From the NCBI GenBank assembly GCA_963668315.1, contig OY764216.1, forward strand, positions 4,928,001 to 4,992,000: 64,000 nt of DNA, read 5' to 3'. Below, piece after piece: positions 28,840 through 38,908 of the stretch. The first letter of the stretch is position 1, and the number at the start of each line of letters is the position of its first letter. Source of the stretch: Spirochaetia bacterium (GTDB taxonomy: Bacteria > Spirochaetota > Spirochaetia > DSM-2461). The notes beneath the pieces are model-generated. The model saw nothing but the letters and a program-made list of their open reading frames with translations. It made no database searches and had not been told where the DNA came from. A program made the translations under genes and the position numbers.

Positions 28840-30837
28840 ATGAAAAACAAGTATGCCAAACTCCTTTCCCCCATCAAAATCGGAAAACTGGAAATACGGA
28901 ATCGTTTCGCCATGGCCCCCATGGGCCCCCTTGGCCTGGCCGATTCCGAAGGCGGTTTTAACCAGCGGGGAATCGATTACTACACGGAAAGAGCCAAGGG
29001 AGGCACCGGCCTCATCATTACCGGAGTGACTTTTGTCGATAATGTCATTGAAGAGCACGGCATGCCAAACTGCCCCTGCTCCACCCATAATCCGGTACAG
29101 TTTGTCCGGACGGGTCGGGAAATGACGGAACGGATCCACGCCTATAATTCCAAGGTATTCCTTCAGATGTCCGGCGGTTTCGGAAGAGTGACCATCCCCA
29201 CCAACCTGGGAGAATTCCCCCCCGTAGCCCCCTCCCCCATTCAGCACCGCTGGCTGGACAAGACCTGCCGGGAACTCTCGATAGAAGAGATCAGAACCAT
29301 CGTGAAGCAGTTCGGAGAAGGCGCCTTCAATGCCAAACGCGCCGGATTTGACGGTGTTCAGATCCATGCGGTTCATGAAGGATACCTCATCGACCAGTTC
29401 GCCATTTCCCTGTTCAACCATAGAACCGACGAGTACGGCGGCTCTCTGGAAAACAGACTCCGATTCGCCCGGGAAATATGCGAAGAGATAAAAAAACGCT
29501 GCGGAGAAGATTTTCCCGTCACTCTCCGGTACAGTCCCAAGAGCTTCATCAAAGGCTTGAGAGACGGCGCCCTTCCCGGTGAAGAATTTGTAGAGATGGG
29601 CCGCGATATGCCCGAAGGTATCGAAGCGGCCAAGCTTCTGGTCGGCTATGGCTACGATGCCCTGGATGTGGATGTCGGCTCATACGATTCCTGGTGGTGG
29701 AGCCATCCGCCCATGTATCAGGAGAAAGGTCTTTACATGCCCTTCGCCAAAGAGATGAAGAAGCATGTGGATGTCCCCATTATCTGCGCCGGAAGAATGG
29801 ATGACCCGGAACTGGCTCTCTCGGCTCTGGAAGACGATGTCTGCGATATGATCAGCATGGGCCGTCCCCTCCTGGCTGACCCCGATTATGTCAATAAACT
29901 GAAAGCCGGAAAAACCGGAGAGATCAGACCCTGCATCTCCTGTCAGGAAGGCTGCATGGGCCGCATCCAGGAATACTCCATGATCAACTGCGCGGTCAAT
30001 CCCCAGGCGGGAAAAGAGAGAAGCAATGCCCTTCGTCCCGCCTGTTCCTCCAAAAAAGTTCTCATCATCGGAGGCGGTGTGGCCGGCTGCGAAGCGGCCC
30101 GCGTTCTGGCTCTGAGAGGTCATAAGCCGGAGCTTTTCGAAATGACCGGATCTCTGGGCGGAAATCTGAGAGCCGGAGGAGTCCCCGATTTCAAGGAAGA
30201 CGATATCCTCCTGGCCGACTGGTATACAAGGCAGCTCGAACAATTGGGCGTTGAGGTGCACCTCAACACGGAATATACTCCCGATACCGCCGACTATCAT
30301 GCCTACGATGCCGTGATCGTGGCGACAGGAACGGATCCCCGGATCATTCCCTTCGAGGATAAGGACAATGTTCATGCGGCTACGGACGTTCTGCTTGAAA
30401 AAGTACCCGCCGGGGACAATGTGGTGATTATCGGAGGGGGACTCGTAGGCTGCGAGACCGCTCTGTGGCTCAAGGAAAAGGGGAAAAACGTCACTATAGT
30501 CGAGATACAGGATAAGCTTCTTGCCCTGAACGGCCCCCTCTGCCATGCCAACAGCGAAATGCTGGAACGGCTGATCCCCTTCAAGGGTGTGGATATCATG
30601 ACCGAAGCCAGGGCGGAATCCTTTGCGAAGGGAAAACTGACCGTATCCGGGAAAGCGGGACAGGAGACGCTGGCCTGCGACACCCTGGTTATGGCCATCG
30701 GGTATGTTCCCAAAGCCGGTCTGTTCAATGAGATTGATGAGCAGCACCCCGAGGCTTACCTCTTGGGCGATGCCCGCCGGGTTTCCAATATCATGTATGC
30801 CATCTGGGATGCTTTTGAAGTAGCCAGTCATATCTGA
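28840..30837 (+). CDS. 2-enoate reductase (OYE TIM barrel + 4Fe-4S + FAD/NADH domains; clostridial Enr/FldZ-like)
   Basis: FDGVQIHAVHEGYL, GSYDSWWWSHPPMY, PCISCQEGC...CAVN, two GxGxxG motifs. Confidence 0.85.
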   Translation: MKNKYAKLLSPIKIGKLEIRNRFAMAPMGPLGLADSEGGFNQRGIDYYTERAKGGTGLIITGVTFVDNVIEEHGMPNCPCSTHNPVQFVRTGREMTERIHAYNSKVFLQMSGGFGRVTIPTNLGEFPPVAPSPIQHRWLDKTCRELSIEEIRTIVKQFGEGAFNAKRAGFDGVQIHAVHEGYLIDQFAISLFNHRTDEYGGSLENRLRFAREICEEIKKRCGEDFPVTLRYSPKSFIKGLRDGALPGEEFVEMGRDMPEGIEAAKLLVGYGYDALDVDVGSYDSWWWSHPPMYQEKGLYMPFAKEMKKHVDVPIICAGRMDDPELALSALEDDVCDMISMGRPLLADPDYVNKLKAGKTGEIRPCISCQEGCMGRIQEYSMINCAVNPQAGKERSNALRPACSSKKVLIIGGGVAGCEAARVLALRGHKPELFEMTGSLGGNLRAGGVPDFKEDDILLADWYTRQLEQLGVEVHLNTEYTPDTADYHAYDAVIVATGTDPRIIPFEDKDNVHAATDVLLEKVPAGDNVVIIGGGLVGCETALWLKEKGKNVTIVEIQDKLLALNGPLCHANSEMLERLIPFKGVDIMTEARAESFAKGKLTVSGKAGQETLACDTLVMAIGYVPKAGLFNEIDEQHPEAYLLGDARRVSNIMYAIWDAFEVASHI

Positions 30838-30849
30838 TCAACATGCAAC

Positions 30850-30882
30850 AGAGCCTGGGGATGCCTTCTCCAGGCTTTTTTT
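30850..30882 (+). terminator. Rho-independent terminator
   Basis: AGCCTGGGGA / TCTCCAGGCT stem plus T-run. Confidence 0.75.
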
Positions 30883-30899
30883 ATTTAAGGAGAGAGAAT

Positions 30900-31415
30900 A
30901 TGGATATTTCCACCGCGAGGGACCTAAGCTTATATAATTACCGGGTCAATGACGCCGTCAATGATTTCCTGACTGAACTGACGGAAGAACAGTGGACCAC
31001 CGATTTCGGCGGCGTCTACAGATCCATTAAGGAAATCTGTACCCACCTTGCCGTCACCGATCACGCCTGGTTAAAACGTCTTTTGACTCTTAAATCTTTC
31101 AGCTATTCCTCATTTCCGGTGATGGCACTGGATAGGGATAAGCTGAAATCGGAAAGTACTCTTGCTTCACAATATATCAAAATACGTCGGCAGCTGGACG
31201 CCTGCTTCCTTAATTTGAGTGAAGAGCTGGCCGATCCGGATCTTTCATCAGATCTTACCTTCAAACGGCTTAACGGAGAAATGATGGCCAAACCGGTTGA
31301 TAAGATTCTCCTCCATCTGAGTCATCACCAGACCCATCACAGAGGAATGATAGCCCTCTATCTTGATATGCTGGGAATTGACAACGATTTCAGCAATCTT
31401 CTGAATCAGATCTGA
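30900..31415 (+). CDS. DinB family protein
   Basis: SIKEICTHL and HLSHHQTHHRG His motif. Confidence 0.85.
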   Translation: MDISTARDLSLYNYRVNDAVNDFLTELTEEQWTTDFGGVYRSIKEICTHLAVTDHAWLKRLLTLKSFSYSSFPVMALDRDKLKSESTLASQYIKIRRQLDACFLNLSEELADPDLSSDLTFKRLNGEMMAKPVDKILLHLSHHQTHHRGMIALYLDMLGIDNDFSNLLNQI

Positions 31416-31521
31416 ACCGGCAGGGATGATTAACGGGAAAGAGGGGGGGGCCTCTCCCGTATAGAAAAAGGACAGCCTCCTTATATAGAAAGCTGTCCCG
31501 GGAAATATAAATGGCTAAAAC

Positions 31522-32712
31522 TTATTTAAAGGTGTAGACATTAACCGCTTCGGCCATGGCCTTCTCACTCAGCTCCTGGCCGATACCGGGTAGATCGGGC
31601 AGCTCATAGGAGCCGTTGACCGGCATATGATCGTATTTACCGAGATCACGCATATCCTTCTTGATAGCGCCTTCGTGAATCTCATGGATCAGGAAGTTGG
31701 GGATAACGGCTTCCACCTGAAGGGAAGCGGCCGTAGCAATGGGGCCGCCGCAGATATGGAGCTGCACGGCCGCGTCATAGATATTGGCCATATCGCAGAT
31801 TTTCTTGGTTTCGGAAATTCCGCCGGTCAGGCAGAGGTCGGGCTGAATGACCTGGATGGCTCTCTGCTCCAGGAACTCCCGGAAACCCCATCTGGTATAG
31901 ATCCTCTCACCGCTGGCGATGGGAATATTCACTTTTTCATAGATCTCTCTCATGGATACGGCGTTAAGGGGATGGACCGGTTCCTCATAGTACATGATAT
32001 TCAGATCTTCCATCTTCTGGCCCAGCTGGATGGCCGTATTCGTATCGGTATAGGAGTGCAGCTCGAGAATAATATCCATGTCTGGACCGCCCGCTTCTCT
32101 CATGGCCGCCGTTCTCTCATAGGCGATATTGAGCATTCTGTCGGAAAGCACTCCCCTCATTTTCCAGTCGGGGTTGGTGGCCTCCCGCGCCCATTTCCCA
32201 TCTTCGGTCACGCCCAGAGGGTCGACTTTAATAGCGGTAAACCCCTGTGCCATGGCCTTCTTCGTTGCCGCGGCATACTGTTCAGGCTCCGTGAGACAGA
32301 CATGCTCCACATCCCAGTCGAACTGCAGCTGGCTGGCATAAGCTCTGATCCTTTCATTGGTCTTACCGCCCAGAAGCTCGTACACGGGTACGTTGAGGGC
32401 TTTACCCTTGATGTCCCAGAGAGCCGTATCGATGGCGCTCATACCGGCGTTGATGACGGTTCCGCCGCCCATGCCCCAGAACGTTGTCCGGAAGAAATAC
32501 TCCCAGATCGCCTCAATCTTCATGGGATCCATTCCCACGATAAGTTCGGCGAAATCCCGGGCGATTCCCACTCCGGCTTTATGGGCCTTTCCGTAGGATA
32601 CTCCCACTTCTCCGAAACCGGAAATCCCTTCATCCGTATTAATCTTAACACAAATGACTTTTCCCATGACGTTATATTTCAGTTCATATACATCAACACT
32701 TACAATTTTCAT
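31522..32712 (-). CDS. Mandelate racemase/enolase superfamily acid-sugar dehydratase (DgoD-like)
   Basis: IDTALWDIKGK, YELLGG, KVDP, ILELH, YYEEP, ASGER, IQPD. Confidence 0.85.
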   Translation of the reverse strand: MKIVSVDVYELKYNVMGKVICVKINTDEGISGFGEVGVSYGKAHKAGVGIARDFAELIVGMDPMKIEAIWEYFFRTTFWGMGGGTVINAGMSAIDTALWDIKGKALNVPVYELLGGKTNERIRAYASQLQFDWDVEHVCLTEPEQYAAATKKAMAQGFTAIKVDPLGVTEDGKWAREATNPDWKMRGVLSDRMLNIAYERTAAMREAGGPDMDIILELHSYTDTNTAIQLGQKMEDLNIMYYEEPVHPLNAVSMREIYEKVNIPIASGERIYTRWGFREFLEQRAIQVIQPDLCLTGGISETKKICDMANIYDAAVQLHICGGPIATAASLQVEAVIPNFLIHEIHEGAIKKDMRDLGKYDHMPVNGSYELPDLPGIGQELSEKAMAEAVNVYTFK

Positions 32713-32817
32713 TTCCTTCTCCTTGATCGATTTCCGGAAGGCAAATTTCGAGTGCATGTTCTGCTTTCGAGATTTGCTTTTTCTATTTAATTCAATCTAT
32801 ATAATTATTTAACAGAA

Positions 32818-33588
32818 TCAATGCAGGTCGCAGTGAGTATTCATCTCCTCCGCCATTTCCTGCCAGTGGTCCATCCGTCTCTTCAGCTCCGCCTTGCTCT
32901 CCTCATCGTCCCGGAACGCAATGGCAACCCAGTCCATTTCCTGAAGGGACTTCACAAGCTCATCAATCTTGTTGAAGGGAACGGCGATCTGCCTCAATCC
33001 CGGTTCATAGACTTGGCGCCTTTTCAGACCATGATAGAATCCGGTTGTTATATGGTTCACCTTGCCTGATATGACAGGGTAGGCATACATCCAGGCACAG
33101 CTGATGACCGGCGTAGATTTGGATTCCCAGAAATCGCCGGAAATATAACTGGTGGCGCGCATGATAATATCCGCTTTCTCCACATCGGCGAAGAACATAA
33201 CCAGATCGGGATCAAAATCGCAGTTTTCCCATTTGGAGAAAAGGACATGGTTCACAGTACCGGGGACAATAACGGGCATTTCCTGATAAAGTTTCCGGCA
33301 GGCCGCAGGGGTCTTGTACATGCCGAAGTCGAAACCGGCCTGCCCGTTGGCAGTCACGGGAGGTTTGGGAATCATGCCCAGGGACATTTTGCCGTAGCAG
33401 GCGTCGTTATCCATGCTGACATAGAACGGCTCATCCGAGGTCTGCGCTTCCTTGATGAACTGGCAGAAGGCCAGAGTCTTTTCGGATTTCCTTATCCCCT
33501 CCGGTTTAACGGGAAGGTACTTAAGAGCAACGGGAGGTATTTCCAGATTCAGTTTCTTGACGATTTCCTTGATTTCACTATTAGCCAT
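32818..33588 (-). CDS. DUF169-like protein
   Basis: PVALKY...FCQFIKEA...ACYG...FDPDLV...SCA pattern. Confidence 0.7.
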   Translation of the reverse strand: MANSEIKEIVKKLNLEIPPVALKYLPVKPEGIRKSEKTLAFCQFIKEAQTSDEPFYVSMDNDACYGKMSLGMIPKPPVTANGQAGFDFGMYKTPAACRKLYQEMPVIVPGTVNHVLFSKWENCDFDPDLVMFFADVEKADIIMRATSYISGDFWESKSTPVISCAWMYAYPVISGKVNHITTGFYHGLKRRQVYEPGLRQIAVPFNKIDELVKSLQEMDWVAIAFRDDEESKAELKRRMDHWQEMAEEMNTHCDLH

Positions 33589-33600
33589 CTTCAATCCCTC

Positions 33601-34875
33601 CTACAAGATCTTAACTAAGAATTCAGACATCCAGGGGCAGAACATAATCACAATGAGCAATACGCCCAATGTCAGAACGAAGGGCAGGGCCTTTCTTATG
33701 ATCTTGTCCATCGATAATCCTGTCATGGCCTGGGCGACAAAGATATTGGCGCATACCGGAGGCGTGACAAAGGCGAGAGCCAGAGCGACTGTCATGACAA
33801 TGCCGAAATGGAGTGAGCTCATACCGACTGAACTCACAACCGCCAGAAGAACGGGAGAGAAGATAACGATGGCCGGTGTCGTCTGGACAACCATTCCGAT
33901 GAGGAACAGAATGATAAAGACAAAGAAGTAGATAACCATGGGATTTGAGGTGATGCCCATAAAGAAAGAGGTTATGCCCGTGGTAACACCCAGATAGGCA
34001 AACACCGTACTCAAGGCGGCGGCGGGGGCTACGGTCAGCATCATCCCCCCCGAGAAGGTGGTCATTTTGTTGAACATATCCCAGAGATTTTTAAAACTGA
34101 CTTCCTTGTAGATAAAGACCCCTACAATAATTCCGTAAACGGTGGCGACGACAGCCGCTTCGGTGGGAGTGAATATACCGCCGTAGATACCGCCCAGGAT
34201 GATGATAGGCATGAGAAGAGCCAGTTTGGCGTCCCAGAAGGCGCTGAAAACTTCCTTGATGGAGAAGGAGTTCGTCCCCTTGATCTTATGCTTTTTACAG
34301 TAGAAATAGTTGACTATCATAAGGCCGAGAGCGATGACGATGGAAGGGATGATACCGGCGATGAAAAGATCTCCGATCGACTCGTTGTTCGTTACGCCGT
34401 AGATAACCATGGGGTAGCTGGGGGGAACGATGATGCCGAGGCCGCTGGCAACGGCCGTCAGGCCGGTGGCGTAATATTTATCATAACCGCCCTTTACCAT
34501 CTCGGGAATCATAATGATACCGATAGCCGCCACGGTAGCCACGGCCGAACCGGATACGGAGCCGAAGAACATACAGGCCAGGACGGTAACCATTCCCAGA
34601 CTTCCCGTCACGCCGCCGAAAAAGGAATTGGCCAGGCGGACCAGTCTCTTCGATATGCCCCCTATATCCATGATATTGCCGCAAATCATAAAGAAGGGCA
34701 GAGCGATCATGGTAAAGGAAGCCGTTCCCGAATAGAGGGTCTGTCCCAGGAATTCCGGTGATGTAAGGGGATTCATCAGGAGCAGGATGAAACAGGGGAA
34801 AATCAGACTGATTCCGATAGGAAGCCCGATAACGAAGAAAAGAATCATTAAAATGAACATAATGGCAACGGACAT
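33601..34875 (-). CDS. dctM: TRAP transporter large permease
   Basis: ALPFF, FGSVSGSAVA, GIIVPPS, GIFTPTEAA, TPPV. Confidence 0.9.
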   Translation of the reverse strand: MSVAIMFILMILFFVIGLPIGISLIFPCFILLLMNPLTSPEFLGQTLYSGTASFTMIALPFFMICGNIMDIGGISKRLVRLANSFFGGVTGSLGMVTVLACMFFGSVSGSAVATVAAIGIIMIPEMVKGGYDKYYATGLTAVASGLGIIVPPSYPMVIYGVTNNESIGDLFIAGIIPSIVIALGLMIVNYFYCKKHKIKGTNSFSIKEVFSAFWDAKLALLMPIIILGGIYGGIFTPTEAAVVATVYGIIVGVFIYKEVSFKNLWDMFNKMTTFSGGMMLTVAPAAALSTVFAYLGVTTGITSFFMGITSNPMVIYFFVFIILFLIGMVVQTTPAIVIFSPVLLAVVSSVGMSSLHFGIVMTVALALAFVTPPVCANIFVAQAMTGLSMDKIIRKALPFVLTLGVLLIVIMFCPWMSEFLVKIL

Positions 34876-34876
34876 A

Positions 34877-35425
34877 CTACTTTTCCTCCCCTCTCATCCG
34901 CTCGATCTCTTCAAAATCGATAGCGGGCACACTGGCTCCCAGCTGCTTCTCCTCTTCATGGAGCAATTTATAGATGTCGATAACCAGTTTCACACTGGAG
35001 AATGTCAGCATCAGAGGAATAAAGACATAACTGAAAACTTTTGGGATGCCGAGAATGGCGGATTTTGAATTCCCCAGACTGGCCATGATATTGATAAAAG
35101 GGAAAACAATATACGTGTTGAATATGATAAAAATTACATCACTGATAATCAGAAGAACCTTTTTCACCTTGAAGGGTACAACATCCAGAAGAGCATCTAT
35201 TCTCAGATGCTTTCTGTAGGTTACCGCGCTGGATACGCCCAGATATGTCATGAGAACGAACAGAATGACAGACAGCTCTTCCGTCCAGGTAAGAGAATGC
35301 CTGAAGACATACCGGCTCACGACCTGCGTAAAGAGAAGCAGCATTATCACAATGAAGATAACGGCTCCCATATACATATCCAGGTCCCATAAAATTTGTT
35401 TAATACTTTTAGAACTTTTTCCCAC
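34877..35425 (-). CDS. dctQ: TRAP transporter small permease
   Basis: QVVSRYVF...WTEEL...HLRID. Confidence 0.9.
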   Translation of the reverse strand: MGKSSKSIKQILWDLDMYMGAVIFIVIMLLLFTQVVSRYVFRHSLTWTEELSVILFVLMTYLGVSSAVTYRKHLRIDALLDVVPFKVKKVLLIISDVIFIIFNTYIVFPFINIMASLGNSKSAILGIPKVFSYVFIPLMLTFSSVKLVIDIYKLLHEEEKQLGASVPAIDFEEIERMRGEEK

Positions 35426-35495
35426 AAAGACCCTACCTTTAAACGCCTGCAGCAGAGCTGCAGACGATTGATTAATTCAATATTGCCGATCCGCC

Positions 35496-36554
35496 CTAGA
35501 TTCCCAGGGTATCCATGAGTTTGGTATAGCGAGCTTCACCCATGAGCTTCTCAGCCGCACCCCATGATGTGGATGCCAGGTCTCTGAACTGCTTCATCTC
35601 CTCTTTGGTGGGTTTGTATACGGTCATACCCACATCGGTCAGAATCTTGATATACTCTTCTTCGGCCGATTTAACAGCGGCAAGGGAGCTTTCCATACTG
35701 GCTTTGTCAGCCGCTACGACGGCAGCTTTCTGGTTTTCGGAAAGTCCGTCCCAGGCCTTCCGGCTCATAAACAGGAAAGTCGTGGTGTAGCTGTGATTCG
35801 TCATGGTGCAGTACTGGTTCACTTCATAGAATTTCTGAGAATTGATGGTGGAAAGGGGGTTCTCCTGACCGTCGACAAGATGCTGCTGAAGAGCGCCGTA
35901 CAGCTCGGAAATGGCAAGGGGAGCCGCGTTGGCGCCCAGTGCTTCCAGGGTGGCGATCTGAAGCTTATCGTTCATGGTTCTGATCTTGAGTCCCTTAAGA
36001 TCCGCGGGAGTCCTGATTTCCCTTTTTGAGTTCGTCATTTCCCTGAATCCGATATTGAGGAAAGCAAGGCCTTTTACCCCGCTCACATCACTTTCGAGCT
36101 GAGCTATCATGCTGTCGCTGATATCGCTGTGGAGGAGAGTGCCGACCTGATCGACATCTTCCAGAAGATAGGGAACATTCAACTCGGCGAAGGCATTGGT
36201 GAACTCGGCCCAGTTACCCGTGGCGAAACTGGCGACTTCGAAACCGCCTGTTTGAATTCCGTTAACGACCTGATCCGTCTTGGAGGCTATCTGTCCGTCG
36301 GGGAAAAGCATAATCTCGATAGTGCCGTTGGACTGCTCTTCGACCGTCTTGATCCATGTATTGATCCCTATCGCCATGGGCGTTTTATTTGCATCTATTT
36401 CATTTTTGGAAACAACCGTGGAATACCTTAATTTAACCTTCTTTTCTCCCGACTCGCTGGAAGAGGCGGCACCGCCCTCTTTTGAGCAACCGGCCAGGCT
36501 TATCAGACAGACGGCAGCTAAGGCCATAACAATTCTGGAAACTAATTTTTTCAT
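35496..36554 (-). CDS. dctP: TRAP transporter solute-binding lipoprotein
   Basis: Lipobox LAGC; GFREMTN, DLKGLKIRT, VDGQENP. Confidence 0.9.
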   Translation of the reverse strand: MKKLVSRIVMALAAVCLISLAGCSKEGGAASSSESGEKKVKLRYSTVVSKNEIDANKTPMAIGINTWIKTVEEQSNGTIEIMLFPDGQIASKTDQVVNGIQTGGFEVASFATGNWAEFTNAFAELNVPYLLEDVDQVGTLLHSDISDSMIAQLESDVSGVKGLAFLNIGFREMTNSKREIRTPADLKGLKIRTMNDKLQIATLEALGANAAPLAISELYGALQQHLVDGQENPLSTINSQKFYEVNQYCTMTNHSYTTTFLFMSRKAWDGLSENQKAAVVAADKASMESSLAAVKSAEEEYIKILTDVGMTVYKPTKEEMKQFRDLASTSWGAAEKLMGEARYTKLMDTLGI

Positions 36555-36580
36555 TCAATCTTCTCCAATTTCCTATTTTT

Positions 36581-36745
36581 TTGTATACTTGTTATACAGG
36601 TAGACAATTTACATGTATAGTAAAACCGGTTTTTGGATATGTCAATAAAAATTTACCGATTTATACAAATTTACTTTTTTTGTGAAAAGCTATGATATAA
36701 TAGCTTTGGCGTGAAAATTTGAAAGATTGATATATTGTTATACAA
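36581..36745. promoter_or_regulatory. GntR/FadR-type operator boxes
   Basis: TTGTTATACAG (36589) and TTGTTATACAA (36735) in the divergent dctP/gntR intergenic region. Confidence 0.6.
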
Positions 36746-36773
36746 ATATGAAGAAAAAACTAAGGAGAGAGCT

Positions 36774-37478
36774 TTGCCCAAACTGACAAAAGACAGCCTG
36801 ACAGATAAAATATTCGATTATATCAAGAATCAGATATTATCGGGCGAATGGCCTGCCAATCATAAGATTCCCGGAGAAGTGGAACTTTCAGAAACTCTGG
36901 GAGTGAGCCGTATGTCACTGAGGATGGCCATACAGAAGTCCAATGTACTGGGCCTTACCGAGACCATGGTGGGAGACGGCACCTACGCCAGAGACTTCAG
37001 TATGCGGGCTTATTTCAAGGAGATCTTCAATTCACAGATCCTGGAACTCGGCTACAAAGAAATCAACGATTTCCGATCCATCCTGGAGATAGGCGGCATA
37101 AGGCTCTCCTTTGAAAAGGAAATACCCCGGGAATCCATAGCAGAAATTGAAAAAATATATTCAAAGATGGAAGAAGCCCTGAAAGCGGAGGATTATGAAA
37201 CTTTTAATAAATGCGACTTCGACTTCCACAGCTCGGTCTGCTCCTTATGTAATAATGAACTCATGACCATGCTCTATGACGCCATAAAATATTCCATTTC
37301 AAAGGTTACCGCCGAAAATGTGGAGAAATCAATAAAAAAAGAGGGCTCCTATGAACGGGTGCTGAATTATCACAGAAAGATTCTGGACGGCATTAACTCC
37401 AGAAACCTGGAGCAGTGTATCGAGGCCGAGATGGACTCGAGAAACCGTTCCAGCTATGACTATTACCGGGAGTCCTGA
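36774..37478 (+). CDS. GntR/FadR family regulator
   Basis: KIPGEVELSETLGVSRMSLR HTH; DFDFH of the FCD domain; SD AAGGAG before TTG. Confidence 0.9.
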   Translation: MPKLTKDSLTDKIFDYIKNQILSGEWPANHKIPGEVELSETLGVSRMSLRMAIQKSNVLGLTETMVGDGTYARDFSMRAYFKEIFNSQILELGYKEINDFRSILEIGGIRLSFEKEIPRESIAEIEKIYSKMEEALKAEDYETFNKCDFDFHSSVCSLCNNELMTMLYDAIKYSISKVTAENVEKSIKKEGSYERVLNYHRKILDGINSRNLEQCIEAEMDSRNRSSYDYYRES

Positions 37479-37550
37479 CAGACCCGGAAAGATCGGGAGA
37501 AGAAAACCTGACCGGTCCGTTCCTGATGGGGCGGACCGGAAAAGAGGGTT

Positions 37551-37931
37551 CTATTTTATCTTCCTGTCAATATCATTCATTTTCTTATCCAGCTGATTCA
37601 ACCGGAACTCAATGGAATTGAGAATCCAGAACTGAAAATGGCTGACCTTGTTGGCGTTATACATCATCCAGACGATCTTGACGGAAAGAAAAAGAAGACC
37701 GACTTCCAGCGAGACGAAGGGAGGCAGAAAATGGGTCGTTACTTCCAGGGTAAAAAAGACCAGAACAACGCAGAGAAACAGCATGTTGATCACGGCTTCC
37801 TTTCTATGGGAGCCCGTTCCCCCCAGAGCCCCTAATATATTTTTGATCCGCTCCTTCTCCTGCTTGAACTCTTCCAGTTCACGGATCAGTTCCTTTTCCA
37901 GATCGGTCTGAGGGGTTTGATTGTTTTCCAT
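37551..37931 (-). CDS. Hypothetical coiled-coil protein with two TM helices
   Basis: SD AAAGGA; charged helix, two hydrophobic segments, FQFWILNSIEFRLN. Confidence 0.65.
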   Translation of the reverse strand: MENNQTPQTDLEKELIRELEEFKQEKERIKNILGALGGTGSHRKEAVINMLFLCVVLVFFTLEVTTHFLPPFVSLEVGLLFLSVKIVWMMYNANKVSHFQFWILNSIEFRLNQLDKKMNDIDRKIK

Positions 37932-38074
37932 AATGATTATTCCTTTTTTCCGCATACTATAAAATAGGCTTATGCCGAGTGTCCAGAGGCCTGTTTTTCC
38001 TTCCCGCCCTTTCTATCCCCGCCATAATAGGCTATGATCAATTTCATCATCACCCGGAAGGGACGGAGGCAGCT

Positions 38075-38893
38075 ATGAACGGCAGACGCGATTTTACCCG
38101 GATATGGGATTCACGGGAGTTCATGAACAGGATAAAGGAGTGGGACGTTCCCGGAGACAGGACAGCCCTCTGGCATCTGGGGCAGAACAGTTTCGTGGGG
38201 AAGAGCGGCGGCAGGATTTTCGCCATCGATCCCTACTTGACCGATTACTGCGGATCGGGCCGGACCGGCATTCCCGGTGAGAGATCCCGCTTTCTTCCCG
38301 TCATGATCGAGCCGGAAGATCTGGAAGCCGATCTGGTGCTCATCACCCACAGCCATGACGACCATGCCGATCCCTACACTCTGGAGAGGCTGGAAAAGAT
38401 ACGCCATACCGCCCGCTTCATCGTTCCCTGGCAGACCGTACCGGTCCTGACCGCAGCGGGGATCACACCGGAGAACATCAGCGTTATCCACCCGAAGGAA
38501 ACAATAGGCTGGGAAAACTGGTCGATCGAGGCGACATACTGCCTGCCCACGGACGGTACCGACCTGAATCATGTGGGCTTTCTCATTACCTTTGAGCAGG
38601 GTAATGTCCTCTACAATACGGGAGACACGGCCTATACCTCTCTGCTGGGATACCTTTCGGAGAGAAAAATAGATCTGATGACGGTCTGCATAAACGGAGG
38701 CTACCGCAACCTGAGCCATTTTGAAGCGGCTGCTCTGACGAAGGAGATCCATCCCGCACGGGTCGCCCCCTGCCATCATGACGTCATGCCCCATAACTGG
38801 CAGCCGGCGGAAGTGTTCCGCCACTCCCTGCGCGTGGTCAAGGCCGAATCGGAGTTCTTCGAAATTCCCTATTACGAACCCTGTCTTATCTGA
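38075..38893 (+). CDS. MBL-fold metallo-hydrolase (UlaG-like)
   Basis: WHLGQNSF, IDPYL, THSHDDH, TGDT, PCHHD. Confidence 0.85.
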   Translation: MNGRRDFTRIWDSREFMNRIKEWDVPGDRTALWHLGQNSFVGKSGGRIFAIDPYLTDYCGSGRTGIPGERSRFLPVMIEPEDLEADLVLITHSHDDHADPYTLERLEKIRHTARFIVPWQTVPVLTAAGITPENISVIHPKETIGWENWSIEATYCLPTDGTDLNHVGFLITFEQGNVLYNTGDTAYTSLLGYLSERKIDLMTVCINGGYRNLSHFEAAALTKEIHPARVAPCHHDVMPHNWQPAEVFRHSLRVVKAESEFFEIPYYEPCLI

Positions 38894-38908
38894 TAGAGGA
38901 AAAGTCCG

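Noticed and set aside
31443..31450. G8 run as a phase-variation site
   Set aside because: It lies between convergent gene ends, in neither a promoter nor a CDS.
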